64,000 nucleotides of DNA from Euprymna scolopes (lineage: Eukaryota). The DNA is taken from the NCBI GenBank assembly GCA_053919585.1, contig CM132787.1, one strand, 5' to 3'. Below the pieces are notes generated by a model. That model saw only the letters and a program-made list of their open reading frames with translations, was not told where the DNA came from and ran no database searches. Made by a program: the position numbers and the translations under genes. Shown piece after piece: positions 26,200 to 39,514 of the stretch. Within the stretch, counting starts at the first letter, position 1. Each line of letters opens with the position of its first letter.

Positions 26200-26966
26200 G
26201 AAGCACATGTTCCGACACGGAAATTTTATAGCAAACCCACTCTCCTCAATGGTTTACCTCTACTTGTGCAGCCATCATCCTTTAAACTCCTCGGCATAAC
26301 GCTCTCACGAAACATGAGTTGGAACAATTATATTGAGATTAACGCCAGGACCGCTGCCAAGAAGGTAGGTTCTCTCTACCGTGCTAGAAAGCTACTAATG
26401 CCCGAAAGTATCCTATACCTCTATAAGGCTCCATTCGACCATGTATGTAGTATTGTTGTCATATTTGGGCTGGTGCATCTTCTATTAGCCTCTCGCTCCT
26501 AGACAAGGTTCAAAAGAGAGTCGCCAATATGATAGGTCCTAAACTGTCATCTAACTTTCAGCCCCTGTCCCATCGACGAAATGTTGCATCCCTCTGCCTT
26601 TTCTACAAGTACTTTAACGGTGAATGCTCTGACGAACTGCAATCACTTTTACCCCCTCGACGTAAATACCCCCGACAAACCCGACAAGCAGCTAAATCCC
26701 ACCCCTTCACAGTAGAGATTCCTAGATGTAAGAGAGCCTTCTACTCCAGCAGCTTCTTCCCCAGGGCAGCTAGACTTTGGAACTCCCTGCCGGGTCCCTG
26801 CTTCCCAAAATGTACTGACATGCAGAAGTTCAAGCGCACCGTGAACTGACATCTTGCTGCCAATTCCCTACACAGTACCCCTGATGCCTATGTCCCTGAT
26901 GGTAACCCCCTACACCAAAGTGGCAATGGGCCTTGTTTGGAGTGAAAATGTAATAATTAAAAAAAA
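26200..26966 (+). mobile_element. CR1-Zenon LINE, second subfamily, 5'-truncated
   Basis: FKLLGITLSRNMSWNNYI..; PLSHRRNVASLCLFYKYFNGECSDEL..SFFPRAARLWNSLP; one frameshift; poly-A; 3'UTR shared with 63549. Confidence 0.9.
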
Positions 26967-26991
26967 ATACACACACACACAAACACCCCTC

Positions 26992-27045
<54 letters not shown>

Positions 27046-27059
27046 AGTTCTGCAACGCA

Positions 27060-27710
27060 GACGTAGAGAGTGGGAGTCACCTGACATTCAGTTGTAAAGT
27101 CCTGTTGGGGGACGGCTATTATACAATGCGACACAATGGAGTGTATAAATATTTCCACCGGAAAATCTGTAAAAACTTTAATATCCAATGTAGTAGCAAC
27201 TTTTGGGAACATGTTTACCAGAAATAACAGTTGGAAATAAGTCATACACCATCCAATATGACTACGAAATTCCTACAGCCACATACCTAGAAAATGGGGC
27301 TATTAAGACTGACATAATGATATGAGACAAGAAGGAGAAAGTGGCAACCCTAGTTGAAGTCAGCGTCCCTAATGATGCTGGCCTTAACAGAGTATAGAGG
27401 AAGAAAATAACAAAATACCAAGGACTTATGCACGACATGAAAAGAAACTGGAATCTTAAGAACATATCAATCGTATCAGTTATTATAGGAGCAACCAGGC
27501 TAATGAAAAAGAGTTTCAAAAACTATCTGGCGAATATACCCAGTGAACCAAGTGCAAGAGAATTACAAACAATTTCACTTAAAGGAACGATTAGAATTTT
27601 AAAAATATCTCTCGGTTGGAGTAACTTAACTAATGGGAGAATGTTTAGCATCCGGTAGACTGCCTCATCTCCAGGAAAAACACAATGACAAGAAAATTAA
27701 AACAAAAAGA
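27060..27710 (+). mobile_element. R4/Dong-like LINE 3' part (RLE endonuclease)
   Basis: YYTMRHNGV..; KTDIMI*DKKEKVATLVEVSVPND..KITKYQGLMHDMKRNWNLKNISIVSVIIGA. Confidence 0.8.
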
Positions 27711-28359
27711 AATATAATGCACGCATACGTACATACACACTCATATACACATATACATACACACACACATATATATATACATATATACATGCGTAATGTT
27801 TCTGTAATGAATTCATATTAATTTTTCTTGCTATTTCAATTTATGAAAACCTTTTGTGTTCATCATAGATATTTAAAAAATAACAGAAACTTGTGTGTCC
27901 TGTCGGTATTTTTATATATTGTGATCGAAATATGAGATTTTTTCATTTATTTTATTATATTATTTTGTGTTAATATCAATAAGCTACAAGTGATACACTT
28001 GTGCAGCAGGGACTGTAGATATATTCTGAACCAGCTGGTTAACTATATTTTACAAAATAATGACACAATAAACATTTTTGTATTGGGGTGTATAATCACC
28101 CTATCGGATTAACCATGTTTGGAACATCAAAGTGACTAACGCAGGGTTAAATGTGTTCATCCCCCCTCTCTCTCTCTTTCTTTCTTAATTCCACACTTTC
28201 TTCCAGTCTCTTTCACTCTCGCATTCCTTGTATATATCACTCTTCTTCTTTAATACCTTCTATTTATTTCTCTCTCGCTCTCTCTCTCTTTCCCTCTCTC
28301 TATCTCTCTCTGTTAAATTATCTCTCTTTCTCTCATTGTTATTCCCTCATCCTTTATAT

Positions 28360-28396
<37 letters not shown>

Positions 28397-28874
28397 CTCA
28401 TGAAAATAATATATGTTGACATTATTCACTTAAAGAGCCTAAGATCGCCGCATAGTTGACAGCGACACCTATCGATTTCAGAAAAAGGCGAAAAGTGACC
28501 TTTGACCCGATTTTTAAATTAGCCGCTTCACAGGAGAACATAAAAATATTCAAAGTGCAAATGTCTTTTCTCTCTGTTCTTTCGTTTCCTTTTCATCTGG
28601 CGACTGTCCGTTTTTATTCTCGCATAAATTTCCAATTTCGCAGAATAGATTTGCTATCTTTTCATTCGGGAAACTTTTTTTTTCATATTTTACGTTTCGC
28701 ATACGCAATACAATAGAAAGCAAATTATTTTCTATGCTTCGATGACAGATTTGGTCATTTGTGAAGCGAAAGAAATTCTAATTCTTTTATATAGCGTATC
28801 ACGAAGACAAAAATAGACAGGCATTTGCATTGAGAGTATTTCAATGGTGTATGACATGATATCTCCCTCTCTAT

Positions 28875-28925
<51 letters not shown>

Positions 28926-28926
<1 letters not shown>

Positions 28927-29031
28927 CTACTTCATTTACTCACATAAAATTAATATACGAAAGTATAAATTTATGCGTAAACTTTAAGTATTTACTTCAA
29001 CAGTGCTCAATATGTAGGTAGAGCTAGTTAG
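28926..29031 (-). mobile_element. 3' end of the hammerhead element found at 56197-56627, abutting (TA)n
   Basis: Near-identical reverse complement of 56520-56627. Confidence 0.85.
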
Positions 29032-29255
29032 TAAGTTTCTTTAACTAACATATCTTTATCTCTTGGAAACTACTAGTTTGCCGCAATTTTAAACGTTATT
29101 TTCGTTTTCAGCACCTACGAAAACCTCTAAAAGTGGTAATTTAAAAGGATTTTTCGAGGGTGGACTAATTCTGCACATTTACCTTATTTTTTTATTTTAT
29201 CGTTTTTTGTATTAAGTCAAACATGGTACGATTTTCTTTTAAATTATTTCTTTAG

Positions 29256-29510
29256 GTATGTGAACTTCATTTTCGACCTGAAGACATACAGCGAGAGGCA
29301 TTTGATGAAAGGACTGGAAAGACAATTAGTGTTAAATTTAAAAATCCCTATCTTAAGGATGGTACTATTTTTCGAATATTACCAAACTGCCCCTCCTATT
29401 TATCGTCATCAACCACTTTTAGAGAGTCTCCTAACGCAAAGAAAATGCGCTTAGAAAATTCTGCTCTTAAGCGTGCATTATGTGAAAGTGTTGAATCGAA
29501 TTCCCTTATA
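29256..29510 (+). pseudogene. THAP-domain exon (P-element/THAP9-like transposase relic); missed by the ORF track because it has no start codon
   Basis: After the acceptor TTTCTTTAG: VCELHFRPEDIQREAFDERTGKTISVKFKNPYLKDGTIFRILPNCPSYLSSSTTFRESPNAKKMRLE (C-x-x-HF and AVP-like box of THAP). Confidence 0.75.
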
Positions 29511-29654
29511 AACAATTTTTGTCGCAAAGAGAATGACAATAATAGTAAAAAAAAAAAAGATCAGAACAAGAAAAATTCAAACTTTTAATTAAATTCTACA
29601 ACAGATTTTTGAAAAGTTTAATATTCAATGTTTGCAATATTTCTGCCTTAGTAA

Positions 29655-29800
29655 CTTAAACTAATTTATTGTTCGTTTTTTCAGTTAAACTAATTTATTA
29701 TTCATTTTTCAGTTAAACTAATTTATTGTTCGTTTTTCAGTTAAACTAATTTATTTTTCGTATTTCAGTTAAACTAATTTATTGCTTGTTTTTCAGTTTT
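29655..29800. repeat. ~29 bp tandem repeat, 5 copies
   Basis: TTAAACTAATTTATTGTTCGTTTTTCAG units. Confidence 0.9.
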
Positions 29801-30671
29801 GATTTTTAAAATATTGTTTTTTTTTAATTTAAAATATTGAATAAACTTCAGTTTCATAGGAATAACATCCTATTCGTTTTCTTGTTAAACTTTTTAACAA
29901 CTTTTCTCCCTTTACAATTCGTTTTTTATTATTAATATTTTTATTATTAATATTTTTATTATTAATATTGGTTGAGTTTCAGTACAAAGTATCATGTTTA
30001 TCTTTTTTAATCCAATTTCGAAGTTTTCTAACGCTTTCTCTAAAAAATGTCTGCTCATTATCGACATTCTGTGTTCCACTTATCTTGATTACTATGACCT
30101 ATGGTGATGACGTCATTTTTCAGCTGACAGGCTTTCTATGACGATGGTCACGGTTATATTCACCAATATTTCGCCATATAACCTTGATTTGCCGAATAAT
30201 ACTTTGGTATCGTTATTTTAATGTTAATGATATATTGAAAAGTTTCTATTTGATCTCTGACATCGATGCTGATGATAAGAAGTGACTCATATAAAAATGT
30301 AGCACCTCAGAAACGAGCACACAGTGATTAATTATTGATGTAGTGTTCTTATTACACAAATAAAGTATTTTTCATTTGCTTTGTATATACATGGTCAACT
30401 TGAATGCCCCCTTCCCTTCCTCTTCTGCCTTTACTTCTACACTTCGAATCTATTTTTCTCAACTATATTATCTTTCTTCTTCCTCCCCGCCTTTTCTGAT
30501 AAACATAAATGATGATAGAAGTTCTGCATTTTATGAGTGGGTTGTTAACCTGAATGGATCGCCCCTTTTGAAAAGTCTCATATTAGGTTGAAATAAATTT
30601 ATACAGAGATTGGCTAAAACTGTGTTGTATTTCGAAAAACTCTTCGGTATGCTGTGCCTCGCATTAAGCTG

Positions 30672-30725
<54 letters not shown>

Positions 30726-31936
30726 GCATACTATATGTATAAATAAAAACTGTAAATCGGAAGTTTACATGTAAAATTTATTTTTCGGCAGAATACCTTC
30801 AATAAAGTTTTAAAGAATGTAATGTTCTTCACGTCAGAGGATAGAATTAGTTAGCAGATTACATTCTTTGAAACTCCGCGGAATAAGGATATTTCATCAC
30901 TTCTTTTTTTATTAATGATATTGTGTCGAAAAATAATGTTTTAGATGTACTTATTTACACTTATGATATTAAAATCTACTTCTAACCGTTGTATTGAACT
31001 TTTTTTACTTGGTTGGGATAATATCAACATTATTACGTTTAATGAAGCTGACTTTTGCATTTACTAAGTATTGATACACACGCATAAACACACACGTATA
31101 TATATGTATATGTATATACATATATATATATATATTAAATTTATTTATACAAACATTAATGGCTACATATCTGCACACATGTTTCTGTAATCACTCGCGT
31201 TGGGGGATTACGTCTTCAGGTCAAGAATTACCGTCGAAAACTGATATTTCAATCAAAAAACATTTTCCTATTTCGTTTGTAAAGTTAGAATGTAACCTGG
31301 GTGGGAGTCATAAATCGGTAAAAGGACAAGTGAGGTCTTTGAAGATAATAAACATCTTCTTTTTCATTTCCCTTTGTCTCTTTCCATCCCATCTTTTGGT
31401 TTTTATCGCATAAGGTACTTGAGAATTTAGTATTTTTGTCTTACAGTCTGTAAATTAAAAACATTTCCTATGGTCACTGAGTACTGACCGGTGTTTTTCA
31501 ATCTACACCCATCCACAGACATACACACACACACACAAACACACACACACACGTTAATACAGATATTCAGAAGCGAATATATGCTGCTCGTTTTATTTTA
31601 CTCACACACACGCACTGAAACTAGGCAATAACTGTAACTACGCAAGAATAAAATTAAAATTAAAATAAGGTAAATAAAACAAATAAATAAAAAAATAAAA
31701 AATAAAAATAAAAAAATAAAACAAATAAACAAACAAAATAAGAATAAACATAAAATCTCGAAAGTTATCTAAACTCCACATGTACATATATATATTAATA
31801 TACTTATAAACGCCCACACCTTATACCTGCTCTGTTCACTCATTGAGCACTCTTTGGTAGACACATGTTGTTTCATTGGATGTACTTCTAGGAAACTAAA
31901 CTCTACTGGCTATATATATATGTATATATATATGTA

Positions 31937-31982
<46 letters not shown>

Positions 31983-33114
31983 ACACATGTGTGCATGTGT
32001 GTGAGTTCTACTACTGAAGCTATTTTAAATAATTTCTCACAAAGGCACTTTATGTATCTGACAGTGTAGGTTTTGTATCGGAATGTATCAAAAATCGGTA
32101 CTGAAAAAAATTTGATGAAAAAAGAAACATTATGATGTTGATCAAACTTAACTTTCTAATACAGCTGTACATCAAAAGTGCATTGCAAAAGTTTTATCAC
32201 CGTATAAGCATAAATGTTCAACGGATAAAATAAACAGCAGTTTATAAGACAGGGCGCGTCCGAAATAAATATTTTTGTTTAGAGCACAAGTGTGTAATAA
32301 TATTTCACTGTTACATTTAAAATTTTAATTCACTTAATCGTTGCGTTTTTTAATGTATATGTCATTTTCGAGCTTGCACTTTTCAAACGTTTGCTAAAAT
32401 CATATATACACCTTGCAATTCTTTTGTTGTTTTTCTCCAAATCAACACAGTGACGAATTTATCAACATATAAATTTTATTTACAATAAAACTTTTTACCC
32501 ATTGACAAAAAGAGAGACATCATAAGAGAGGTTAGTTGGTGTATTTGGAATGACGACATAGATAGGTCAAATATGTCAATCGCGCTCGCCGCTGTCAATC
32601 TGCTCTCGTTTTTATGCTGTTTATGTTATCACTGATATAGACATTAATCGTCATTGCTGGAAATATAAATATTAAGTTTCTTCATTTCCATATTGCATTG
32701 CACAATTCATATCCACTAACCTGGGATGTAAACAAGTCTCTGTTTTCGCGATAATTACAATTCCAGTTATTTCTATAGACACAAGAATATATATCAAAGT
32801 CCATCTGGAATGTGCGTGTATGTACAATTCTGCATTCAAAAGTGCATCGCCACTTCTCCAAGACTATTATCTAACAAATATTCTTTTGTAAATTCTACAC
32901 AGTGCAATGTAGATAACAATGTATCGTGGAATAAGTCATTGCGAGATGACATCCTCCATATTCATCGAGATAGGTCTACAGCTAGAACAGAAAATTAATT
33001 GGTTTGATTGAAAAATAAGCAATTTCACCGATTTCAATTACAATAAATATAGTGGAAGTGTGGAACATTCGATAATCATAATTTGATCCCGGGTAACGTC
33101 AGCCCAACCTGCTA

Positions 33115-33148
<34 letters not shown>

Positions 33149-33328
33149 CAAAATTTTGTTGAAAATTCAAAGACTCACTTTTTCTTTTTTTTATAACCTT
33201 CTTTTGTTTCCTGGATTTTTTTTACCATTACAGCGGGTTCGTTAGTGGGAAGGCAACTTTACGATTTATGTATCCATAAAATATCCTGTCTTTACCAAAT
33301 TTTTCAGATGTTTTTCCATTATATGTTT

Positions 33329-33360
<32 letters not shown>

Positions 33361-33364
33361 ATAT

Positions 33365-33684
33365 TGCCAGCTTCTTTAAGAAACACGGTGCTTATCGTTG
33401 AGCACTTTCAGTTGAATTAAAGTCGGTCAGTTTAGCTCTTATGGCAGATCATCATATAATGGCTAGATTACTCTGACAGACGTAAAAAAGCATTTAAAAA
33501 TAAATGTTTAAAATGCAACAGCATTTCCCGCGGTTAACGGTAGCCAAATAAATTAGGTCATTACTGATGAGGCCAGGGATGGCGTCCGTCGCTGGTTTCG
33601 AATCTATGATGGCTCACTGATGGTTCCTATAAGGATGAAACTAGTGTCTGTAGGTATTTAATAATTATTATAGTAAATATATAT

Positions 33685-33738
<54 letters not shown>

Positions 33739-33790
33739 GTTCTTATTGTTGAGCACATTACGTTGCAATAAAATAAAAATCAGTTACTTA
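33365..33790 (+). mobile_element. B-box/hammerhead element (family H2), partial tandem
   Basis: GGTTTCGAATCT, then CTGATGG-TTCCTATAAGGAT-GAAAC-TAGT-GTC, then (TA)n; diverged direct repeat 33387-33434 / 33738-33786. Confidence 0.65.
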
Positions 33791-34059
33791 AGAAATCGTG
33801 CGCAGATTGTGATGTTAAAATCATTTGATCACTCTCGACATTCTTAAATGATATTTGCGCTTTATATGAATGTTGTTTAAATAGAGCAGAGATGTTATTT
33901 TCAACTATGTTATCGCCGCGATGCACGTTCCTAGCAAACAGAGCAGAGATGGTTTCATTGTCGCATTCAAATCTTCTGAGCGACGAGAATCGTAAATCTT
34001 TGCACTGATAAATCTAGAAATGATGAAATATTAGTGTATATAGCTGTTAACAATAATTA

Positions 34060-34328
34060 CCCATCTCCTCAGAGGATAAAATATTAGCAAATTATAATGG
34101 TTTATACCTAATTTTCTAAATACAATAAACATAGAAAAACAAAATTAAAAGTTTTTAAAGTTTTTAAAGCATTAAGCAAGGGGAATTATATGTTTGTTCG
34201 AAATGAAAAGGATATTGAAATTCAAAATGTGATAAACTTTTAATTTAGATTTTCTATGTTTATTGTATTTAGCAAATTAGGTATACACCTTTATAATTTG
34301 CTAATATTTTCTCCTCTGAGGAGATGGG
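34060..34328. mobile_element. MITE with ~95 bp TIRs and TA TSD
   Basis: TA|CCCATCTCCTCAGAGG ... CCTCTGAGGAGATGGG|TA. Confidence 0.9.
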
Positions 34329-34455
34329 TAGACATCGAACACCTACAGGTTAAGGAAATATACTAATTCAAATGTATTCTTTGTCATGCATTTATTAAAA
34401 ATTCTAGATTTGAAACTTAGCCATTTCAGGTCATAGAATTTAAATTACTAATTTA

Positions 34456-34528
<73 letters not shown>

Positions 34529-34539
34529 CATATATTTAT

Positions 34540-34715
34540 CACAGTATTACTTTTTTAATATTTAATATTTCAGTTTCATCCTTTTGAGAATCATCAGTTT
34601 AGGGTTACACGATTACCAGTATCCGGGAGATTCGAACTCGGCCACACAGCCATCTTTGACTCCATAAGCAAGGAACAAACTTCACCCCAACCTCAACCGC
34701 AAGAAATATCGTTGA
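34540..34715 (-). mobile_element. B-box/hammerhead element (family H2)
   Basis: Minus strand GAGTTCGAATCTC ... CTGATGA-TTCTCAAAAGGAT-GAAAC, then (TA)n; aligns with 33515-33650. Confidence 0.65.
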
Positions 34716-35180
34716 AATTATTACGTGTGTGTGCGTGTGTGTGTGTGTGTGTGTATGTATGTGGGTGTGTATGTGTATGTTTGTGAAGGATAAATATTTA
34801 TGTGAAAATATTCTTTATTCACTTATATTTCTTTTTTATATATACCAATCTTTATTCAAGATGCTCAATGTAATTACAGAGCATATAATGAATGAATGAA
34901 AAAAGTCCATATTCTAAATTTCATGATGTTGACCATCTTACAATTTATTCCTTTAATTCAGTTGACATTTACAATTCTTGACTGGATCTGTTTCGTAGCA
35001 CAAAATCAATTACTTAATTATTATATCAATCAGTGAATTTATTTTGCCCTTAACTCATCAGAAGAAAAAGCAAAAATCAATCCACCAAAAGGAAATAGAA
35101 TGCGTTTTGACATGATTAAAAAATCCGAAAATTTGAAGAGAAGCTGCAAATACCTTATAGTTTGCTTACATTGCGCCATT

Positions 35181-35246
<66 letters not shown>

Positions 35247-35249
35247 TAT

Positions 35250-35560
35250 TATGATGAGCTGTGATGCAGCGCACTGATAAGATGTGATACAACGAAACAG
35301 TACTGTATGAGGATGACTATAATGCTCCTTATCTTGAGTTGGGCATATTGGGAAATGATACACGATATACCATTAGCGTATTAAGCGATGCTCTTTATGT
35401 AAGCAAATCGAGCTGAGGTATTCGGACGATGTCAAAACACCGTTAATTTACTACCCACACAGCAGCTGCCGATTCGTGTAATGGTTCAAATCCTTGAGGT
35501 AGTTACGTGTCTAGCCTCATTGATGAGCTGTGATAAAGCTAAACACTACTGCGTGTGGAT

Positions 35561-35565
<5 letters not shown>
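35250..35565 (+). mobile_element. Retrozyme-like element (family H1) with two decayed hammerheads 246 nt apart
   Basis: CTGATAA-GATGTGATACAAC-GAAAC-AGTACT-GTA-TGAGGATGACTA and TTGATGA-GCTGTGATAAAGC-TAAAC-ACTACT-GCG-TGTGGATGACTA; flanked by (TA)n. Confidence 0.75.
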
Positions 35566-35619
<54 letters not shown>

Positions 35620-35622
<3 letters not shown>

Positions 35623-35697
35623 GGTGTTCCAAAAGTCTTGGGCACATTAAGCAGATATGAGGACTTGAAATGTGTCCAAGACTTTTTGAACACCCTG
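35620..35697. mobile_element. 78 bp Tc1/mariner-type mini-MITE
   Basis: TA|CAGGGTGTTCCAAAAGTCTTGGGCACATT ... AATGTGTCCAAGACTTTTTGAACACCCTG|TA. Confidence 0.9.
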
Positions 35698-36621
35698 TAT
35701 GTATCGGCCCTGCACCATTGGTATCATAGAGTAAAAACACCCCCCCAAAACTGGATAATACATCTAATTTGAATATATAGCGAACTGAAATAACAAATCG
35801 CAATTACAATAACAATCCAGATTAATCTGTACCAGTAACGAGATATATTTATATTTTCTTTCTTTGTTTCTTCTTGATAACTTTTCAGTTTTATTTCTTA
35901 TTTCTTTCTAGATTTAGACGTTATGAATCATTTTAAATTCCCTTCTTTCTTTTTTTCTTTTACATTTTTAACGATGTGTGTGCATTCGTATTTTATAAAT
36001 GCGTGGCGTTATTTTTCATGCCAGCATTTTAAACAATCTGGAATAAATGTTGTCACGTAAGTTAACAAAAACATTCAAAAGAATATTGCTTACCGGAAAT
36101 GAGATTTTCGAATTAGATATGTCTTCCCGTAAATACGACCAGACCGGAAATAACTCGATGAGACTTACCTATAAAGATAAAATAGAATTAATGTATATAA
36201 AAATAATGTATATAAAAATAATGTATATAAAAATAATAACAGCAAATATGGTGATTCCACGTCATCAATGGCTTTCTCTACGGAATAAAGTGTTATTAGA
36301 TCTTAAATAAAAATACCTTCATTTGTTTTTATAAACTATTTTTTCTTACTAAATCTGTCTATATTTAAAGGAGGAAAAACTGTTTTATTATTTTATGAAA
36401 AAACACTTGTCTTTTATGAGTAGTTCGGTAGGCGCTTACTAAATACGTGCACAATACAGATAAAACAATTAAATAGACCTTCTGGTTTTGGAATTTTGAC
36501 TAACAATACATATACATATAAAAGTTTGTTTATATATATATATATATATATATTATACATATGTATACATACATATATATGCGTCATAGTGTTTAACAAT
36601 TACATACCTGAACTATTAACA

Positions 36622-36694
<73 letters not shown>

Positions 36695-36922
36695 AATAGG
36701 TATTCCACGAAATGAGAAAAATAACTTTAATAAATATTTGTAAGACTTTGTCAAATAATAAATCTTGTAATTCTACAGGATTTAATTCAGAATTTCCATG
36801 TATAATATTGCTCAATCTCGCACATTGAGCTTTTTTATCTGTTTTTTTTTATTGATATTGATACTAATATTTATTTAGACATTATTAGACAATCTGTAAT
36901 CTTTCAACATTTCAATATTTCA

Positions 36923-36958
<36 letters not shown>

Positions 36959-37292
36959 CATCGAAAAATGCGAGCATGAAAAGCAATATGGTTAAGATTA
37001 AGCCTAGAAAAGTAAAGGGACTAGTTGTTTAAACTGGCAGAAAAAGAAAAACAAGATATCCTTGTAACAATATAAATTTGTAACTTAAAATATTGCATCA
37101 TAAAAATTAAATAAAATATTCAATCTAACATTATATATAACTTCTTAATGCTACAATATTTTAAGTTATAAATTTATAATTTTTCATTAGAATATTTTTC
37201 TTTTTCTTTTCCAGTTTTAACAACTAGTCCTTTTCCTTTTCTAAGCATCATGACTTTTAACCATATAACTTTTCATGTCAGAATTTTCCATG
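36959..37292. repeat. Degenerate ~330 bp foldback (old MITE-like)
   Basis: For example GGACTAGTTGTTTAAACTGG / CCAGTTTTAACAACTAGTCC and TAACTTAAAATATTG / CAATATTTTAAGTTA. Confidence 0.75.
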
Positions 37293-38049
37293 AAACTCAA
37301 TATTTTCCCATGATTTGCTTTAAAATAATATTTTCTTTTTGTGTTCAATATCATACGCATTGTCAACAATCCATAATTTCTTTTTACTAACTTCTTAAAA
37401 TAACTGAATAAAGCATAAAATAAAAGACGTAATTATGTATACAAAGAGAAAAAAGAAGAGGAGAAAGAGAATAATAGGGCGTCGTCGTAAGCGAAATATT
37501 ATTAATCTTAGCACAGCAAAGAGCACCACTTTTGTTTACTCTCTCAATATAATCCAAATAATCTGGCGCTCGAGCGACATTTCTGCTATGATTTATGAAG
37601 GTGTCGACGCCGAAATTTTTTTAATGGAAACTAAAGACAATCAGAAGAAATCGTCTCTAAAACGTCAAGGCTAAAAAATTTGCCATGGTCACAAATAGCC
37701 AATCAGAATAAACCTTCCTCACGCTCTTTACCAATTCTGACGACTTTTGAACACCAGTAATTTTATTATAACTTTTGTTTGAATGAACAAAAATTGAAAA
37801 TTTTTATTTCAAAATATAGCTGAGAAGCGGACCTATGAACTGTAAAAATTCTATGAAAGTTGTTTGCAAAATGAGTAAAATTCACACAAACCTATATATT
37901 CAAAACAATAATTCAAATATTTACGAAAATTATTCCTAACATGCATTAAGGCAAAAATGCAATTTCGTAAATAATTGAATTCATTCAAAAACGTATCGCA
38001 AAAACAAAAACAAATAACATCTACGTAAATCGTGCTATATCCGAACAGT

Positions 38050-38180
38050 CAACGAGTATGACGTGTGGTAAGAGTTTAGGCTGCTTACCATTGGGTCCCG
38101 ATTTCGAATCTACCTAGATTCAGCCACTCTGATGAGTCGTAGATCAACAAACACGTGTCAGTCGATAATTATATTTTAAA

Positions 38181-38183
<3 letters not shown>
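38050..38183 (+). mobile_element. tRNA-like-head element with near-intact hammerhead (family H3) and (TA)n tail
   Basis: A-box-like TGACGTGTGGTAAG, B-box-like GATTTCGAATCT, then ACT-CTGATGA-GTCGTAGATCAAC-AAAC-ACGT-GTC-AGT (G12 missing). Confidence 0.7.
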
Positions 38184-38223
<40 letters not shown>

Positions 38224-39019
38224 AATTTATTTATTTAACGTTCTCAGTAAAACAGCCATAAATAACTAAATTCTAGAAATAACGACGCACAAATGAATGC
38301 GGCTGTTTTTAATGTCCATAAATTAATTTCCATTTCTAAAAAAGGAAAACGCTAAACAAACAAAATTTCGAACTGAGCGAATTTATAAAAAAAGACAAAA
38401 AAAACGGAAAATAGTCCGCTAAACAGGGACGCCATTAACGGAAGTTGTTTCAGAAATTTTACTGCGCATATCTACAATGCGTGCTCAGATTAAGGCCTAA
38501 CGAATTTAACGTCGTTTCTCTTTTCATTAGGAATGTGAAAAAGAAGGAGAGAAAAACGATTTGTGTGAAAACAGAATAAAATATATTTGCTTGCAGAGAG
38601 TAAATAATACTTTAACTGTAAAACACATTCAAACAAAGAAACAATTTTGTTTATTTTTGCTGTAGTTTTTTGAATAGAAGCCCGAGTTATAAAGGCTTAC
38701 TATTGTAAGTCAGACGTTTTTGTTTTATATTCTTTTGTGTGTGTGGGGGGTAATCTTTTGTGTACCTACAACTCCTTAATTAGGGTTTTCTACTGTTAAG
38801 CATCCCAATGGCCGACGAAGTACTTGTCATTGATGCTGAAAAAGCATAAATCGATAAAATTTAATTATAGCTTTCTGTGTTCTTTTTCCACAAAGGAAGC
38901 AAAAGAAAAATGCGTTATTTGCTGCCGTGTTTAGCATCATTAGACGCGATACAATAAGACAAGGCGAAATTTCTTTCTCGAACTAAAAAGACACGATTAC
39001 AATTAAAGTTGATAGAAGG

Positions 39020-39350
39020 GATGCAAATATCACAACATACACTCACACATCTAGAACCACTGTCAACTATTTCCCTCTCTCTATGCCTGTGCTTAAATCT
39101 TAACATCATCACAGTATTTTTTCTTAGAACTGCTCGCCTGTGGAACCCTGAACCGCGGACCTGCTTTCCGTTTGGCTACAACACGATCGTCTTCAAGTCG
39201 AATGTAAACAAGTTCTCGTTGAGCCGTTCCCTAAAATAATAAAATTTTACACAATTTCCAACACTATCAATCACTATTTGTCTGACCGACGACCTTATAA
39301 TCATTAACCCTCATCCTCAAATGGCCTTCAGAACTTGATAAATGGATAAT
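39020..39350 (+). mobile_element. CR1-Zenon LINE 3' relic
   Basis: FFLRTARLWN..CFPFGYNTIVFKSNVNK. Confidence 0.75.
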
Positions 39351-39514
39351 CTGTTTTAAAACCACAAACTTACTATACTTGCATTAAACATACATGAAGA
39401 CAACTGTATAAACACGACAAAAAAGATATTCGTAAGATATCGCCATTCAATCTACGCGTTTATCGCTGAAAATGCAAATTTAATCGTAAGTAATGACGTT
39501 TCGTGAAAATATTA

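Noticed and set aside
24657-26208. Many His/Thr/Tyr- or Val/Cys/Tyr-rich ORFs, and similar YIYIYI ORFs across the window
   Set aside because: Translations of (CA)/(TA)/(CATA) microsatellites.
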